This document shows positions 45,612 through 47,128 of a stretch of DNA of 47,128 nt, piece after piece. Position numbers and translations under genes: made by a program. The notes beneath the pieces were generated by a model, which made no database searches, was not told the DNA's origin, and saw only the letters and a program-made list of their open reading frames with translations. The DNA is taken from contig JAZDMS010000013.1 in assembly GCA_043800705.1 (NCBI GenBank), forward strand, positions 1 through 47,128, in the 5' to 3' direction. Every line of letters starts with the position of its first letter. The first letter of the stretch is position 1. This stretch comes from Candidatus Altiarchaeota archaeon. Its GTDB lineage: Archaea > Altiarchaeota > Altiarchaeia > IMC4 > SCGC-AAA252-I15.

Positions 45612-46298
45612 TTAGGAAATGCGAGAAATGTTAGGAAATCTAGTGCCGAGGGTATTCGATACCTCGCACAAGAAATCAATAAACGCTATGATTTCATCCT
45701 TGCCGACTTCCGGATAATTGATACGAGCAATAATTTGGCGCTCATCAATTTGGATAAATGCCGGGGAATCCGAGGTAACAAAAGGGTAATACTTTGGTTC
45801 GATTCGAATGATCTTTTTTTGAAGGTCATCATCAAGGAGTTCAAGGGCGAAACTCATGTCCAAGGAAGATATAGAGAAGTTATTTTTAAAGTCTTCCGCC
45901 CCAATTTTTTCTCCAGGTATTGAGCGTCCAGTCAGTAGAGTGTCTGAGACATATTTCAAATTCTTTGTCGGCCGAATCGATATTTTCTTGCTAACAAATC
46001 CATCATGAGAAACATAAATCTTTGTTTGGGTAATACCATAGTATTCATCAGGAAAGTCGACCTCAATCTTGATATCCTTACTTTTATATTTGCCTGCAAA
46101 GCACTCTTTGGGGAAAAAAGAAAAATCCTTTGGAGAAATAGATAATCTTTTAAGGGAATACGCCAAGCCGAGGTCCGCGGATAAAAAATTGAGATTAGCT
46201 CTTGTGGTTTTATTTGTTTTTCGCATTAAAACGAAAAAAATCCTTAAAATGGAGAGTATAATTAGAAAAGTGAATAAATTTGACAATAGATCGACCAT
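45612..46298 (-). CDS. AT-rich membrane-anchored hypothetical protein
   Basis: N-terminal TM; 228-aa ORF; resembles 44621-45157 around (F)xGxY(K/R)xKxV/I. Confidence 0.65.
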   Translation of the reverse strand: MVDLLSNLFTFLIILSILRIFFVLMRKTNKTTRANLNFLSADLGLAYSLKRLSISPKDFSFFPKECFAGKYKSKDIKIEVDFPDEYYGITQTKIYVSHDGFVSKKISIRPTKNLKYVSDTLLTGRSIPGEKIGAEDFKNNFSISSLDMSFALELLDDDLQKKIIRIEPKYYPFVTSDSPAFIQIDERQIIARINYPEVGKDEIIAFIDFLCEVSNTLGTRFPNISRIS

Positions 46299-46664
46299 AC
46301 AATACTATTCGTCTGTCGAAATAAAAACTTGATAAGAAAAGGGTATGGAAAGGCGTCATAAGAGGAAATCATCTGATCTGGATTGAATATTTGCCTTTGC
46401 CGACCAAGCCTTTCGCGAAGAGCGCATAACGCTCTACGCACGCCACAATCACGAAAGCGATTGTGAGCGTTACGAAAAAGGCTGGCGAAAAACGAGCTAT
46501 TGCAGACTCGAAAAGTCTGCAAGACATGCCGTAGTGCAGCATGGAATCTTCGGCTTCCGCCTAAATAGCATTGAACCACGATTTTAAACGTAGAAAAAAG
46601 TTAGAAAGGTGGTGTAGGAGGAAACTTTTCGAATCTTGCATTGAACATTTGGCTTGTCGCCAAA

Positions 46665-47128
46665 AAGATGCCAGACTATGATGGCGATTAGTATTGGTGG
46701 ACTGAACACCTCGCCGAAGCTTGGTGCGTACATCCCCAACCTATCAAACCACTCTTTTAGTGGAACCTATGCTGTCTATTTTTGAGGGCGGTTTCGGGCT
46801 TAGATGCTTTCAGCCTTTACCCGCGAGCGGCGTAGCTACCCGGCGATGCCCTGTCGGACAACCGGTAGACCAGAGGCCACGGGCCCATGTTCCTCTCGTA
46901 CTAATGGATCCTTTCTCTCAGACAACCACAATTCCAGCAGATGCCGCCAAACTGTCTCGCGACGTTCTAAACCCAACTCACGTACCGCTTTAATGGGCGA
47001 ACAACCCCACCCTTGGCTGCTTCTGCACAGCCAGGATGCAGTGAGTCGACAGCGAAGTAGCAAGCAGCGGGGTCGATGTGTACTCTTACCCGCTACCACT
47101 CAGTTATCCCCGGGGTAGCTTTTCCATC
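46665..47128 (-). rRNA. rrl: 23S rRNA, 3' portion (partial)
   Basis: Reverse complement of conserved domain V/VI: AAAGCTACCCCGGGGATAAC, TCGCCCATTAAAGCGGTACGTGAGTTGGGTTTAGAACGTCG, sarcin-ricin loop AGTACGAGAGGAAC, GCTGAAAGCATCTAAG. The 3' end coordinate is approximate. Confidence 0.97.

Noticed and set aside
46424-46475. attC site (GCATAAC...GTTACGA)
   Set aside because: Only about 52 bp, lacks the arm geometry of the left-array sites, and lies upstream of the adjacent gene.
46721-47118. ORFs at the right end
   Set aside because: They lie within the 23S rRNA.

Overview
Archaeal chromosome segment. Thermosome, TFE-alpha, Taw1, archaeal RNase P RNA and the 23S rRNA 3' end identify it as archaeal; an Altiarchaeota/DPANN-like origin is my inference from gene content only. 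Layout from left to right: (1) an IS630 element with a -1 frameshift, inserted into the first site of an integron-like cassette array at about 1.06-3.74 kb. The array has three cassettes (methyltransferase-fold ORF, inverted RelE toxin-antitoxin pair, orphan ORF) separated by homologous 123-bp attC-like sites. Each cassette's cargo is additionally enclosed by its own 10-15 bp inverted repeat plus a shared CCTCGCTTCGCTCGG motif, which is the most novel-looking signal. (2) Housekeeping genes: thermosome, Hsp20, HTH regulator, aspartokinase, prepilin peptidase, DUF373, Taw1, KaiC-like ATPase plus roadblock-like protein, HD protein, TFE. (3) A 15-kb cell-surface locus with five class III signal-peptide pilin-like genes (some giant and Cys-rich), glycosyltransferases and a PEGA/dockerin protein. 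(4) Glutaredoxin with a displaced duplicate 3' end, rhomboid, argJ, purF, DUF460, a type-M-like RNase P RNA and signalling/membrane ORFs. (5) The 3' end of the 23S rRNA. Strand compositional skew flips across the window. No integron integrase, CRISPR array, tRNA or reverse transcriptase was seen.
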